The notes beneath the pieces are model-generated. The model saw only the letters and a program-made list of their open reading frames with translations. It ran no database searches and had not been told where the DNA came from. DNA of 64,000 nucleotides from the NCBI GenBank assembly GCA_002633005.1, contig NMRA01000266.1:74544-138543 (forward strand). Direction: 5' to 3'. How positions within the stretch are numbered: position 1 is the first letter of the stretch; each line of letters starts with the position of its first letter. The stretch comes from Phoronis australis (lineage: Eukaryota > Animalia > Phoronida). The position numbers and the translations under genes are program-made. Of the stretch, positions 37,245-50,232 are shown piece after piece.

Positions 37245-40200
37245 CCTCCTAAAACGCCTTTTATTGGCAGATTTCCTGGAATAGATATAATTTAATATGT
37301 ATACACCAGAAACTTACACTTGAGAAAGCCTCACAACAAGATTCGACTCGGAAATGGGAAATCGCTTGGAATGCTTGAGTGAGAACCTCCAATGAGCCAC
37401 GTGTTAATTTGTGGAGTAATGTGGTATTTATACGCTTTTTAATGACATTTTCAGCAAGCTGTTTCTTCTATCTTTTTTCCAAAATCGCGTTTTGGCAATT
37501 ATTAGTTATGGTCGTTTGATAGGATATTTGCTGCAGTACCGCGTGTCACGAGCGTTGCCTACTTATGTTAATGACTGACTCCTTGGTTGAAAAAATTCGC
37601 AGAGTGATGCAGGTAAATGACGATTATTTGAAAAGTACATCTTTTAAAACGTTCTTAACGAGAACAAGGTCGTGATAGGTATTCAAATGCAAGATTTACA
37701 AGCAGTTTTGGTTCAAGCGTTCTACAGTGGTATACATGTATGTTTCGTGTTGAGTTGACCTCAAATTAGAATTTTGGTGTACTGAACGAGCATCGCTTTT
37801 GAGGTACCAACTCCCGGTTTCAACTACAACTACATGTATATTTCGGGATGATTATGTGGTTATATTGCATGTATTAGATGTGTAATTCCAAAACGGATTA
37901 CGAGACACACGAAAGATAAGGCCTCAATTTTGACACGTTGAGTTCTTAACCATACCATCGGAGAATTTGGACAGATGGTCCTTGTTATTAAGAGCAATTA
38001 CGATGTGTATTGCCTTTTGCTCCACAGTTTCAGCAGGCTGAAAACAAAAGTTAATGTACCTCGACTGAAGTAACGACCAGCCCTATTGAAAATTTTTTAT
38101 TGAACAGACATCTTAAGTTTTGGAGAAGTTCAAAAGCCAGTGTTTCGTTAAAAGTCACGCTGCATTATATAAAAATATAACAATGGGTTAATTGGCCTAC
38201 AAGGCCTCATATCTACATGTATGATTCGATTTTGAAAGCCAATAAATCATCAAATTATGTCAGTCGTCATTGCTTTTGCGGTGTTTTCTTTTGTCATTTG
38301 CTTGGTTTGGTTTTCGTTTGGGCTTGTGTCCAACCCCCTTCCTCACCACTGACATTTTTGTTTGCATGCGTTCCTTGCAAAGCCCGTAGACTGCTAGATT
38401 GGTACTAAGGTTAATTTACAGTTAGATATAACAGGAAAAAGAGCACAACTTAATCAAAAGCAACCTTCCAAGTCATATTAGGTTTTGTAGACACTTTGAT
38501 TACAGAGGTACTGACCTTCTAAAAGGCAGATTTTCCCATACACCAGGTTCCGACGTGGAGTACAGAGGCACATGGATACTGTACATTAGCGTTAAAACAA
38601 GTCCAACAAACCCATTGATGTCCGCGAACGCTTGATAACAAACTAAGGCCTTTATCACGTATTGCCCGGAAATTTAAACATCTGATATTTAGTTGAGACT
38701 CAAGCAGCGTGGTACCTGGACTTCTATTGCAAACTGGCATGTACAAGAAGCTTATTGGAAATTGCTGGACTGAGGTAATTACATGAGGACTTGCGCACTT
38801 ACACTGAAGAACACCGCTGGTCAATACGCTGTCGGACGTTGAAGTATTTGAATTCGCAAAATAGTTCCTTATTTTTTAACACATCTTGCAGGAAACAATT
38901 ATAATTGTTTACTTATATGTACTGTACGTTGGTTTTAATTATACTGCCGTCAGTTTATGCTGTACTTTTTAAGTTTTACGGTGGAATGTTGTTTTACGAC
39001 GACATCTCTCAGGTGCGTGATTTCGTCTGCATTCCCTGTTTAGTAATTTTGTTTGGTCGAGGCTCAAACTGCAACCGAGTGTTTCCAGAATTTTAAACTT
39101 CGATGTCACAAGATTTTAGACCCATTGTACCTATTACAATGAATTTGTTGTCTTATTCAGTCATTTTGGGAGAATATTTGCCATTAGAACGTGATTATTC
39201 TCGCGGCAATAAAACGTAAGACGAGATTGTCGACTGACGTTTAATGATTAGAAAACGAAAACGGACAATCGCCGCACAAATAAAAGGTTCATGTTAACTC
39301 AACGTTTCCCCTATTCATAAGACATCATCAGAATACGTTCAGTAGGACAACAAGTGCCGATTACCATTCAAGTCACATCCGTGTGTTGAAATGAGAGAGA
39401 TACATGTACAGCGAAAAAAAGTAGTACACCAGTTGTAAGGTCACTGAGCTCAGCATGTTATTGAGAGAATCAGTAGCATGTTGATCCTGAATGGCCAATG
39501 ACTCCATGGTATAAAGAAATTCCTTATCCGGTTTCTTAGCATCATCCTGGCCAAAAATGATATAATTAATTTTTAATGAGTCACTTGATCTGAGGTGAGC
39601 ATAGTGTGTCCATATTTTTTTTTGCGAAACAATGCAGGACGCCGCCCAAGAAATATCGTTGCATTGCGGCATTGATGTAATGAGTGCACACCACAAAACG
39701 GACATATTTCTACTAGAGCACATTTACGCGGTACTCCGGTCCCCATAGATAATCTAAAATGTGAGCAATATGTCAATTTTATCAAAAATACTAATGAACG
39801 AAACATACACGACATGTGTCAGAGGCATAACCAGTTCACAAATCTCATTGGTCAAAAAGTCAGGAATACAGTGGGACTAATAGGAAAGTCAACGTTACCA
39901 TAACTTGACAAAATTTTGTTGCACTCAATGTCTTGGAAAAATAAGTTGGACACTGAAAATTAATAATTCATACCTCAAGAATTTTAATTCCAAACACACA
40001 TTTTTCTTTCAAGGAGGCGTTAGTACGTACAGTTTTGGAGGTGTACAAATAATTTTGACACGACTATTGTAATCTTATGTGTAATTCCATGAAAAATTTG
40101 AAAATGATCTTTACTGGAATGTTTGTAAATGACATTGCCTATATACTAGACAGCGTACGCGTAGCATATCGTACATACAACAGTACTGGGTGACTGGGTC

Positions 40201-41486
40201 AGTGCTAACATGACACCATGGGTGAGAACCAGGGGTGGATCCTGGATTTTGAGTTGGGGGCAGGGCAGAGTATTAGCCAGGATTTGCCCGTCAGACATTC
40301 GCGGCCCGAACTCCCATGTGGAATTTGGGAATTTTGTTCTGGGGCCTAGACCCCTTGCACCCCCACCCCTTTAATCCACCTCTGAGAAGAATTGTTAAGG
40401 TCAGAAACCCTAGCGTTGCACACAAATACTCTTATTATGCTGGCTGAGATAAATCCCCGGCAATCGGTATGTGGCAGGGTATTGCAGTGGTAAAATCACT
40501 TCCCTTGATTTCAGCGACTGTCCGTCAGACAACAACGAGAATTGGCGTTGTGAAATAAAGCTCTGGTCAAAGATCAAAAACATCTATTCCATTAAACAAT
40601 AAATCAGTACGTAGCGTTTTTTCTATATGTAAAGTTCACTATGTGCAGACTTCATTGGAGCAATTAGCAAACGCTTAAGACCTGGATAAGACGAACATAG
40701 TTGTATTTTAAAATTTCTTCAGTACAGTATTCCTGTCAGCTCCCTGTCTGAAAAGAGACTCACGTGGAATGAAGAAAATTTAGGCAGTGACGTCGTCGAC
40801 ATTTTCAAGGCAAAAATTTTGCGCCGTCTTTGGAAATTACTACTGCCAAATATTAAAAAGAGTATTACCTGTATCTGGCTGTAGTCACACGAGAACCGAC
40901 ACTTAACCTCTAGTGTTCAATGAGGTACACATAATTAAACGTTTAACAGTCAATTAAAACTCATCAGATCATTATTTATTTAACCTTGCCGGTGACCTTA
41001 GTGAATAACGAGGAAGAGCAATTACAGCGCTTCCCGAGTATCGATCACGGGTCTCCCGATTCTGCTTTGTTATAGGTAATGGGTTCGCCTGCAGCTAATT
41101 CGGGTTACGCAATTATCAATGGAGTTGATGGAACTCTAAGGAAAGGCGAAGCTCCAATTGATGTGTGTGACAGGTGAATGTTTTCTGACAAACATTATTT
41201 TAGGTATATATGTGGTTGGAACCTGCAAATTTAAACACGACAGTAAACGCCTGCTGACCGATTATCGAAACTCAGACACGTTCTAGCGGCAATGCTCGCG
41301 AAGTTTATTAACACTCGTTCCTAACACTTTGATTATTGAGTCGTCGACTGGTGGAAAAATGTTCAAAATGTTCAAAAGTCATTCTGCAAGACAGAAGGGG
41401 GTGTTTCACATGAATTGTACGAAAGCGGTCACGTGATACTTGGACTTGAAGAATAGTCTTATTAACACGAACCTATTATATATATG

Positions 41487-41496
41487 CGTGTTTGTT

Positions 41497-41550
<54 letters not shown>

Positions 41551-41556
41551 TGTGTG
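41487..41556. repeat. (GT)n microsatellite
   Basis: Visible directly in the sequence. Confidence 0.95.
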
Positions 41557-43879
41557 TACATATACATGTATGTATACACTGAAAGTTTAATCGCTGACAG
41601 ATAAATGCAAGGGACATTTATACATGTAGCTAAACACAACATTTACGTTGTACGAAACAAGCCCAAAAATCTCAAGGCTATGAAAGACTTTCTATTGAGC
41701 CAAAATCTATAACATTTACACAAGCAGAACAGAAGGTACATGTTTATATCCAAACAATTGATAACCCTACAACACAGACCGGGATTTATCTACGCACTTA
41801 TATATTGGCTTGCTTTGTGCTGGCGATTGAAAAGGAAATAATCTACCGCCATGTTCAATTGTCGTTTCAGAGAGAGGTTTATATTTAGAGTCTTGTGTTA
41901 AGAGTGGCTATTGAGTATTCGGTGTAGGAACACTTTGAATGGAAGAATTCAATTTTACATATCAATGGTGCAAAAAGGGATCCAATTCACGAAACTGACA
42001 CCTGACCAAACAACCGCCTAAGTTAAGACCGAATACAAACATTCAGAAAAGGGTGTTTCGTAAACACAGCATTGAGTTTTAGTGTTCGACCTTAACTTAG
42101 ACAGAAATTAATTTGTTTTTGACATGCAAGGAGAATTTACAAATCACGATTTTGCCACCTGTTGCGGAAATACTAAACTAAGCAAGGCTGCGTGTGAATG
42201 CAGTTTCAAGAACAATAATGGTCTTGAACCTCTAAAGAGTGGTTTATTTAAATTTCTAATGAAACGAAACCTCGTTTTCTTAAGGTGTCCCTGGCATTAT
42301 TGGAAAAGATCATTTCACATAAGCCGGCAAGTTGCAGAGCAATGTAATTACGACCTTTTGCCTGTTCTGGAACCGAAAGCAGGCCATCTGCAATTTGACA
42401 ATGTTTAGGGGCATTAGATTGTGATGAATGTCTACAGTACGTTTGTTTATCAATAGTGATGATAGTCGTACATGCTGGTCATTTTGACAAAAAGCTCACT
42501 ACTAAGCCTAGACCGAGCAGGCTAACTTTCGGTTTTAGCCTTGACCGACATCATTTTTACTAGTTTGGTCTTAGAAGTTTCATGAAACGGGGCTAAACCA
42601 TTGTGGTTTTAAGTTAGCCCGTTTTCTGTCCAAGGTTAAGACATCAACAGCCGATTTCGAAAAAGGGGTTTAAAGTTAAACCTGGTTTAATTGACTTAAA
42701 ACAGGTTTGAAGAAAATCTGCATTTCATAAAGGTGGTTCAAGTTTTAAACCAGTGGTCTAGTAAAACCTGGCTGACCTCCATTTAAGACCTGGCGTAAGT
42801 CAGTTATCATTTCAGCAACGAGGTCTACATTCCTTAGACCTGTATTAAGATCTCAAACCAGGTTTAACTTTAGGCTTGGTCAGACCCAGGTTTAATAATA
42901 ATAAACATAGGTATAAATGGAAATAAATGATTCCGCGGTGTGCAATTACGATGCAGTTGTATAGTGAATGTATAGCTTTACAGCGACACAACATCAAACA
43001 CAACAGGGGCGGCCCCGGGATTTTTAAAGGAGGGGAGGTCGGATCAAGGAACAATTTTTCAAAAGAGGGTCCAAGTCAACAATTTAAAATTATAGATTTG
43101 ATATCACTGGAATCAAGGGAAAAGGAGGGTTCGGACCCCTTGACCCCCTGGATCCGCTTATGCCTAGACCGGTTCGTTATGCAAGAAGTCCTTCGGATTC
43201 CTCAGAATACATGTACGTCTGGTGTCACCGTCGTAAGTGCAACTGATTTGACTGTAGACGACATGTTCTGATTAACGTACATTGGTACTCGATTAAGGTT
43301 GCCGGGTAAGGTTCCTTCCCCCATTTAGTCGTAAAAAATACACTAAAAGGACACGGAGATAACTTTTAACATTTGTTATGTTGCAGCTTATATAGAGCAT
43401 GTACTTCAAAGTGTGAACGTTTGTTGGGCACAAACATTAGAAAATGAAAAATGTCCCCTCAAGATAGCCTTTATCTGCCACTGGCTCTCTGCACATTTTT
43501 CTTTGCACTTTTTTCACTGATGAAATTTTCTTCCCTTCATTTTATTCATACTCTTTAATTATTTTTCGCTGCATTGCTCTGACTGTGGCAACAGTGCAGC
43601 CAATCTGAACCAATGCTTCTCTGCTCATGCTGCTTACGCTTACTTGATTTGGAACCAGTTTTCTTATTCTCTATGACATTGGCTTCTTCTCTGATCAGTT
43701 CTGGGAAGGAACACTTTCTCCTCACGAGAAAGATTTTAGACTTTGTTTCGCAAATGCCCCCACTGATTCTACTACTGTGTGTCATTTTATGCGGACATGA
43801 TTATGATACCATTGTTTTTTTTTAGGTTAATCCAGATCAACACAATAGGGTGGCTTGCATAGTTTAAACCATCCTCCTT

Positions 43880-44736
43880 TTCAGTAACGCTAGAACCTCG
43901 CTAAAAAGCAAGAATACGAGAGATAACGTGAGACATTAACGTGCATTTTGAATGAGAACACGTGATTTTGACTAGACTTTATCAAGCTCCCAGTTTAGGT
44001 TCTAGCGGTACTGAACGCAGGACTGGTTTTACTAAACTCGCCTCCTGGTCTAACTAAACCAGGCTTTCAGACATTGAAACCACTTTGGTCAAATGTAAGT
44101 TAGGTATAAAATTAGTCCAGGCGTGCGTTCAGTAGACGCTAGGTCCTACGCTAGGACCTAGCTAAAGCCTAGTCAAAGTCACGTGCTCTCACTTAAAATG
44201 CACGGCAATACCTCGCGTAATCTCACGAAGTCTTGCTTTTTAGCGAGGTCCTAGCGTTATTGAACGGGAGGCAAGTCTAGAAAGACACAATTTAAGTCTT
44301 AAAGCTGGTTTTGCTAAACCACCTTTATGAAATTGGCTTCAAAAGTTTAATGAAACGTGTCCCGGGAATGTATGTATATACATGTACTTTGTTTACGCTG
44401 AATAGCCAACAGTCGAAATTATGATAGAGAACAGACTGTTTTCAGCACACGTGCAGAGAGGAAAGAATCGGCTTTTCAAACATCTCTAACGCTTCCTCTG
44501 CTTTTGGGGCACGTATGGCGCATCGTCCAATTCGGCGATAAACGAAAGAAATCTTATCATAGAAACTTAAGGGAGCGAAGTCCAGCCTGCCGTTCAGTAA
44601 CGCCAGGACCTCGCTAAAAAAGCAAAATTTCGCGAGATTACGTGAGATATTGTCGTGCATTTCAAATGAGAACACGTGACCTTGACTAGGTTTTAGCGGG
44701 GTCCTAGCGTAGGTCCTAGCGTCTACTGAACGCACG
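43880..44736. mobile_element. Cluster of three M1 MITE copies (about 43880-44020 reverse, 44118-44273 forward, 44585-44736 reverse)
   Basis: Each matches 1066-1220 or its reverse complement. Confidence 0.85.
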
Positions 44737-45075
44737 ACATGTTTAGATCATTGACATCAATTCTACATCGTCAAAACGCAAAATTTATTTTGACGAGTAT
44801 TGACAAAGATCACACCTTTTCGAACACATTTCCATGTTCTCGTTTTACCACAGCACTGAGCTAGATCAACTGCAGAGAGAAATTCACTCGCGCATAGGCA
44901 GCTACTGGTTGGGACAGCAGTCCGTGGAGCAGGATTCGATAAAGATTTCTCTTCATTTCCGAAATAAACACAGTTTAATCATCAAAGGTTTACATGTATT
45001 TACAATTTTGTCTATAACGCAACAACGTTACAGTTGCTGTTCCAGAGATCATTTCTGTAGCTCGTTAATGTATAC

Positions 45076-46724
45076 TCAGTCTTCACCGCGACGTCCGTCC
45101 TTGAGACTTTTTTGGGACGTTCCCGTCAACGCTTTCCCGGAATCGCGGCGGGGCGTAGATCTCTTTGGCGACCCCGACGACGAACGGTGTAATGAACCCC
45201 TTGCGTTTCTTCGATGCTTAATTTTTTCTATAATATCGAGCGCTTTCTGAATGGCTTCGCCATTTTCTTTGTCTTTAGAGTTATAAAGAGCTGGTTCCTT
45301 GGCTCCAACAACACTGTGCCTCCTTCTACGTGGCGATGGTTTTCGTTCGACAGATTGAAACATCTTTGCATGCCCTGACTTACTGATGACACGACTGTGA
45401 CGCTGCTTTGGGTCGTCACAACTATCTCGCGAAACATTTGCACATTTTTTGAAGTCAACGGCGCATGCACTGAACGTACCCTGTCGGCTGCCAACCGACA
45501 CTTTTCTCTCAGTCACAACTTCGTGATGGCCACTGACAATATAATCGTCATTTTTAATATCTACCTGTGCCTGGCTTAGCTTATGTTGCAGTTTATCAGT
45601 ACTGTCCTCAGTTTCTACAGGTTGCTCTTCCTTCGATGAACGTTTCCGATTTCCCGTGGTTAGGTCCAAGGGGTGAAACGAATGCTTGTGCGACAGCCTG
45701 TACTTTTGGTAGTAGGATTTTGCCATTCTTGCGCACTCATGAGCTCCGACCTGAGACAATTGGTCCAGTGTTAAACCAGACCCATTTGGGTCATCGTTCA
45801 CTGAAGATGGCGTTTTGCGTCGGCGACTACCGAGACTTTTATCAGAAAGCATTTTGTTTCCTAACGATTGCTTATCTTTGCTCTTGGCAACACTTGCCAC
45901 AGATATTTCATTTCTTGCATTGCGTCCCCGAAATTTGCCACTAGTTGCCGTAGATAATGGTTTCTCAGAATCTTTTGTGTCAATTTTGTCAAATCCAGGA
46001 CCCACACGTCGACGCGACTTGCTCTTTACCGGGTGTTTCCCGAAACCGGACCTTCTGCTCACTCCATGCACAACGTCGTAAAGGTGAACGCCGACAGTCG
46101 CCACTGCGGTCTTCTTTATCTTCGGAGGTGCTCTTTTACCGAGCTTTCGTTTGTTGGAAAGATTCTTCCTTTTACTTCCCATCCAGCTGAGTATGCTTGG
46201 TGTTCGTCTACCGTCATGAAAGAAGGCAAGCGCGTTAGGAGTGCCCTGGACCTCGTTGGTGGAGCTGCCTTGCAACGAATGGAGCTTGGGAACAAGCAAA
46301 TGTCCGCTGCCTGAAGTCTCGAACGTGGAAGCGTGGCGGTCGCTCACTTCCAGCGTCTCTGCCGACACCAACCGGAAAGACGGGTGTGGAGACCCCAGAC
46401 CTAGCGAACGCTCAGGTATTTCTCCGCATGTCACCAGTTTATCGTAACTGTCCATCAAAGCAAGCTCATGCAGAGATGCACTGGATTTGGCTGTTAGTGG
46501 CAGGCATTCGAAGTCAAGATCAACAAATTTCCCCATGGGGTAATCGTGTCGGTATACTTTTTCTAAAGAATCGACGGCAACTGATTTCTTTGTCTCTCTT
46601 CCAAAGAGACCGAACTTACTTTTTATTATTCCTTTTCGCACAAGCAGTAGTACAATCGCCACCATGAAAATCAGGAAGCCAAGTGTTGCCGTGGGTAAGC
46701 TGATGCCAAAAATCGTTGCCCAGT
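45076..46724 (-). CDS. Ig/TSP1 membrane protein, terminal exon: TM helix + basic cytoplasmic tail of about 515 aa
   Basis: Phase-1 acceptor GATTTCAG|AC; TM segment LPTATLGFLIFMVAIVLLLV followed by RK; uninterrupted 1.65-kb ORF rich in K/R/S. Confidence 0.85.
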
Positions 46725-48890
46725 CTGAAATCAACACAGGTATTGCGGAAATGTAAGGTGAGAAGACTGAAGAGGCGCTGCTGACGTTTTCTCACATTTG
46801 CATAAGGGTTGGGAGACAACAGATAGTAATACTGTAGCCGTGGAATTAGATGTCGAGGCTTAGTGAGCGATAGCAGCGAGATAACGTGATTTTTTGAAAT
46901 TACAATTTTATTAAAGGTACATGTATATAAGTCAACATTGGTCATAGCGTACAGAATTAGAAGACGTCTGGGTCTTACATGTTCCTTAGTGATGGGCATG
47001 TTACTATACTTAGCAACGCGCTGCCTGAGTGAAAAAAAATTAACCCACAAAGGCACTTTGACAATGTGTAGAAACCTTTCAAGTACAAACTGTTTTAAAT
47101 TTTATCCACACATTGAAGTTCCGAATACACTGGTGCAGGAAAACCATCTGCAACGACGTCAAAACCGACAAAATCATGCTACAAGAGCGAACCACATGCA
47201 AAGTCTACTGGTACTATATCGTATGACTACACGAAAACTCCACATTTGCGCACCCAGCCTAAAAATGGGTTTCGGATATTTGGTAGTGTTGGCCTTTTAC
47301 CAATATTAACGGGGGTTTCCTTCAGAGCTATGTACATGTATTGTGCGTTCGTCGAATTTTGGCGCTTCCTTCCTTTCTAGTGGACTTTTGTCTCATTCTA
47401 TGCTTTTTCGAAGTTTTTGTTTCTCTAAGGTGGACCTTTTTGCCAACTTCGCCAAATTATGGTTCCTTCAAGCCCCTTCAGACCCACCTCATGAATCACT
47501 TTTTAGTATATGGCCGAAAGACAAAGGTGGTTCTGGTCCATAATTTCTCTGAAAATCAAGTCGGTGATGAGGTATGTTTTCAGTTTAAGTCAAATTTTCT
47601 TCAAAAAAATTCACCCAAGACGAGAACAAGTATGATGCATGAGATGTTTTACTCAGTTAAAAACAGTTTCACTAGGGGAGGGAGGAAGGGACTCGTGGCA
47701 GCGCTAGAGAAGTCCCTTTGGAAATGGCTTTGATAATCCAGCGTGTTCCCCAGTGGCGATCGAAATCTGCCCTTTAGAATAGCACAAATCGATTTCACAG
47801 ATTTTCGTAGCCAGTACCGCTTGTGCAATTTGTCAAACAACGACAACTTAGCTGAGCTCGACATGGGCAGAAGTCTCAAAATGTGCTGGTAGCAAATACT
47901 GTACACAACATCGTACGTAACTTAAAAACTTTCTTGAACGATGTTTTGTATTGGTCTTCCGACATCAAACGTCTGTGTTGATTGTTTGTAGTACATAACG
48001 ATCTCTCTCGATTTCTGGCAAGTTCTTACGCTTTCAAGAGATTCCCCCGTCCGCGGATCTTATGCCAATAAGTTAAAGAGTAAAATACGATCGAATCACT
48101 TAGACATGGGGTCCTGAGTTGCTCGGTGAGGTAGTCTTTCGCGCAACATTTCGGCACCGCGAGAACAGAACAAAGAGCGAAAGGAAGAAAGAAGTGGTAG
48201 GTAAGAGATATCTAAATAGAACACCAAATAATGACTGATGCTGTGGTTTAGATAAATGAAAAAACAGTCAAGTCTAACTGCTTCCTGTGCGTTGTACTGA
48301 TGTCTTCAAGGCAATACTCTATGTACATGTAGCAACCGAAGTCCTCTGTAACGTTCAAGGTAGCATCAGTTTAACCACCTTTGGAAAATGCCATCACATT
48401 GAAGCCAACAGCCCCCAACATGGCAGGTCTCGCAACCTACGTGTACATGTACATGTAGTCATTATGTCAAGCTTTCGTCCCAATTACGTTTTTCACCAAA
48501 GTCAGTACTAACACTTGTGGATCTAGACTGAAACAAGGCTAGGAATTACGACCTCCCACGAAAAAAATTCAGATTGTGTCCGTGAGGAAGTCTCTTGTCC
48601 CCATTTTTCTGCCTCTAACTTGTTTGCCGACGTTACACGTACCTTTATGTGCAGTCGCAAAGGGGACACCTCCCAATCTTGTCCCTTTTATTAACCCCAC
48701 TCCCATGGTCGCCAGGTGAATGCTACGAACAACTCTTCACCACCCCAAATTGGTTTGACTACATTAACAAAATTGTGCTTTGAAAGTCTTCCCAAACGAC
48801 ACTGCGCGCAGCTGCGGCAGACTGTGGTGCTTCTAAGCTAATTTCATCTCATTTATTTTTTGTGTGAATTGACAACTTATGCTTACCGAC

Positions 48891-49064
48891 CTGGACAGTC
48901 ATCACCAACACGGCACGTTCTGATTGCGACGTCATTGCCTGGGCAAGTGTAGCCATGTGCACTTGGTGCAGGGTTGGTGCAGGTGCGCCGCCGTAGCGCG
49001 TGACCCTCGCCGCACGTTACCCCGCAAGATGTCCAGTTGGTCCAGACAGACCACTTCCCATCAG
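48891..49064 (-). CDS. Ig/TSP1 membrane protein, thrombospondin type-1 repeat exon
   Basis: DGKWSVWTNWTSCGVTCGEGHALRRRTCTNPAP...CPG...C...CP (WxxWxxW, CxVTCG, RxRxC); phase 1-1 splice sites. Confidence 0.93.
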
Positions 49065-49338
49065 CTAAAACGACCACCCATGTAATCTGAGGAAGCGAGC
49101 CAAACTTCAGCTTTTTTTCCGAATAAGCTTAGCATTGGTACATGACCTGCTTCGAAATGTTACGATGATTTCAGCTGATATCAATTTTGAGTAAAAATTA
49201 AGCAAGAAGAACACCGGAATCTTGGACACAACTGCCTTTCATCAAACCTCAACCAATACTGCAACCGATAACATTAAGAACAGGAAAAAGAACTGCAGTG
49301 TTAGCAGTGAGGGTAATAATGGTAGCAGTGCGAGCAGA

Positions 49339-49345
49339 GGTAGTG

Positions 49346-49385
<40 letters not shown>

Positions 49386-49601
49386 TGGTAGTGGTAGTGG
49401 TAGTAGCGGCAGCAGCATCAGTGGTAGTGGTAGTGGTAGTGGTAGTAGTGGTAGTAGTAGTAGTAGTAGTGGTGGTAGTAGTAGTGGTAGTAGTAGTAGT
49501 GGTAGTAGTAGTAGTGGTAGTAGTAGTAGTGGTAGTAGTAGTAGTGGTAGTAGTAGTAGTGGTAGTAGTAGTAGTGGTAGTAGTAGTAGTAGTAGTAGTA
49601 G
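49339..49601. repeat. (TAG/TGG)n trinucleotide microsatellite running into the gap
   Basis: Visible directly; it produces the poly-S/V/L/T pseudo-ORFs. Confidence 0.95.
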
Positions 49602-50232
49602 NNNNNNNNNNNNNNNNNNNNNNNNNNNNNNNNNNNNNNNNNNNNNNNNNNNNNNNNNNNNNNNNNNNNNNNNNNNNNNNNNNNNNNNNNNNNNNNNNNN
49701 NNNNNNNNNNNNNNNNNNNNNNNNNNNNNNNNNNNNNNNNNNNNNNNNNNNNNNNNNNNNNNNNNNNNNNNNNNNNNNNNNNNNNNNNNNNNNNNNNNNN
49801 NNNNNNNNNNNNNNNNNNNNNNNNNNNNNNNNNNNNNNNNNNNNNNNNNNNNNNNNNNNNNNNNNNNNNNNNNNNNNNNNNNNNNNNNNNNNNNNNNNNN
49901 NNNNNNNNNNNNNNNNNNNNNNNNNNNNNNNNNNNNNNNNNNNNNNNNNNNNNNNNNNNNNNNNNNNNNNNNNNNNNNNNNNNNNNNNNNNNNNNNNNNN
50001 NNNNNNNNNNNNNNNNNNNNNNNNNNNNNNNNNNNNNNNNNNNNNNNNNNNNNNNNNNNNNNNNNNNNNNNNNNNNNNNNNNNNNNNNNNNNNNNNNNNN
50101 NNNNNNNNNNNNNNNNNNNNNNNNNNNNNNNNNNNNNNNNNNNNNNNNNNNNNNNNNNNNNNNNNNNNNNNNNNNNNNNNNNNNNNNNNNNNNNNNNNNN
50201 NNNNNNNNNNNNNNNNNNNNNNNNNNNNNNNN
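49602..50232. other. Assembly gap (N run)
   Basis: 631 N characters. Confidence 1.

Noticed and set aside
38060-38101. Candidate promoter and non-coding first exon of paralogue B
   Set aside because: Only a weak TATA-like AATAAAAA and a GAG|GTACAT donor; not distinguishable from chance without transcript data.
44834-46667. Several + strand ORFs overlapping the terminal receptor exon
   Set aside because: They are antisense shadows of the real minus-strand ORF.
47340-48200. Coding-like, basic-residue-rich stretch on the minus strand inside the last receptor intron
   Set aside because: Multiple stops in the frames I read and no recognisable motif or splice pair.
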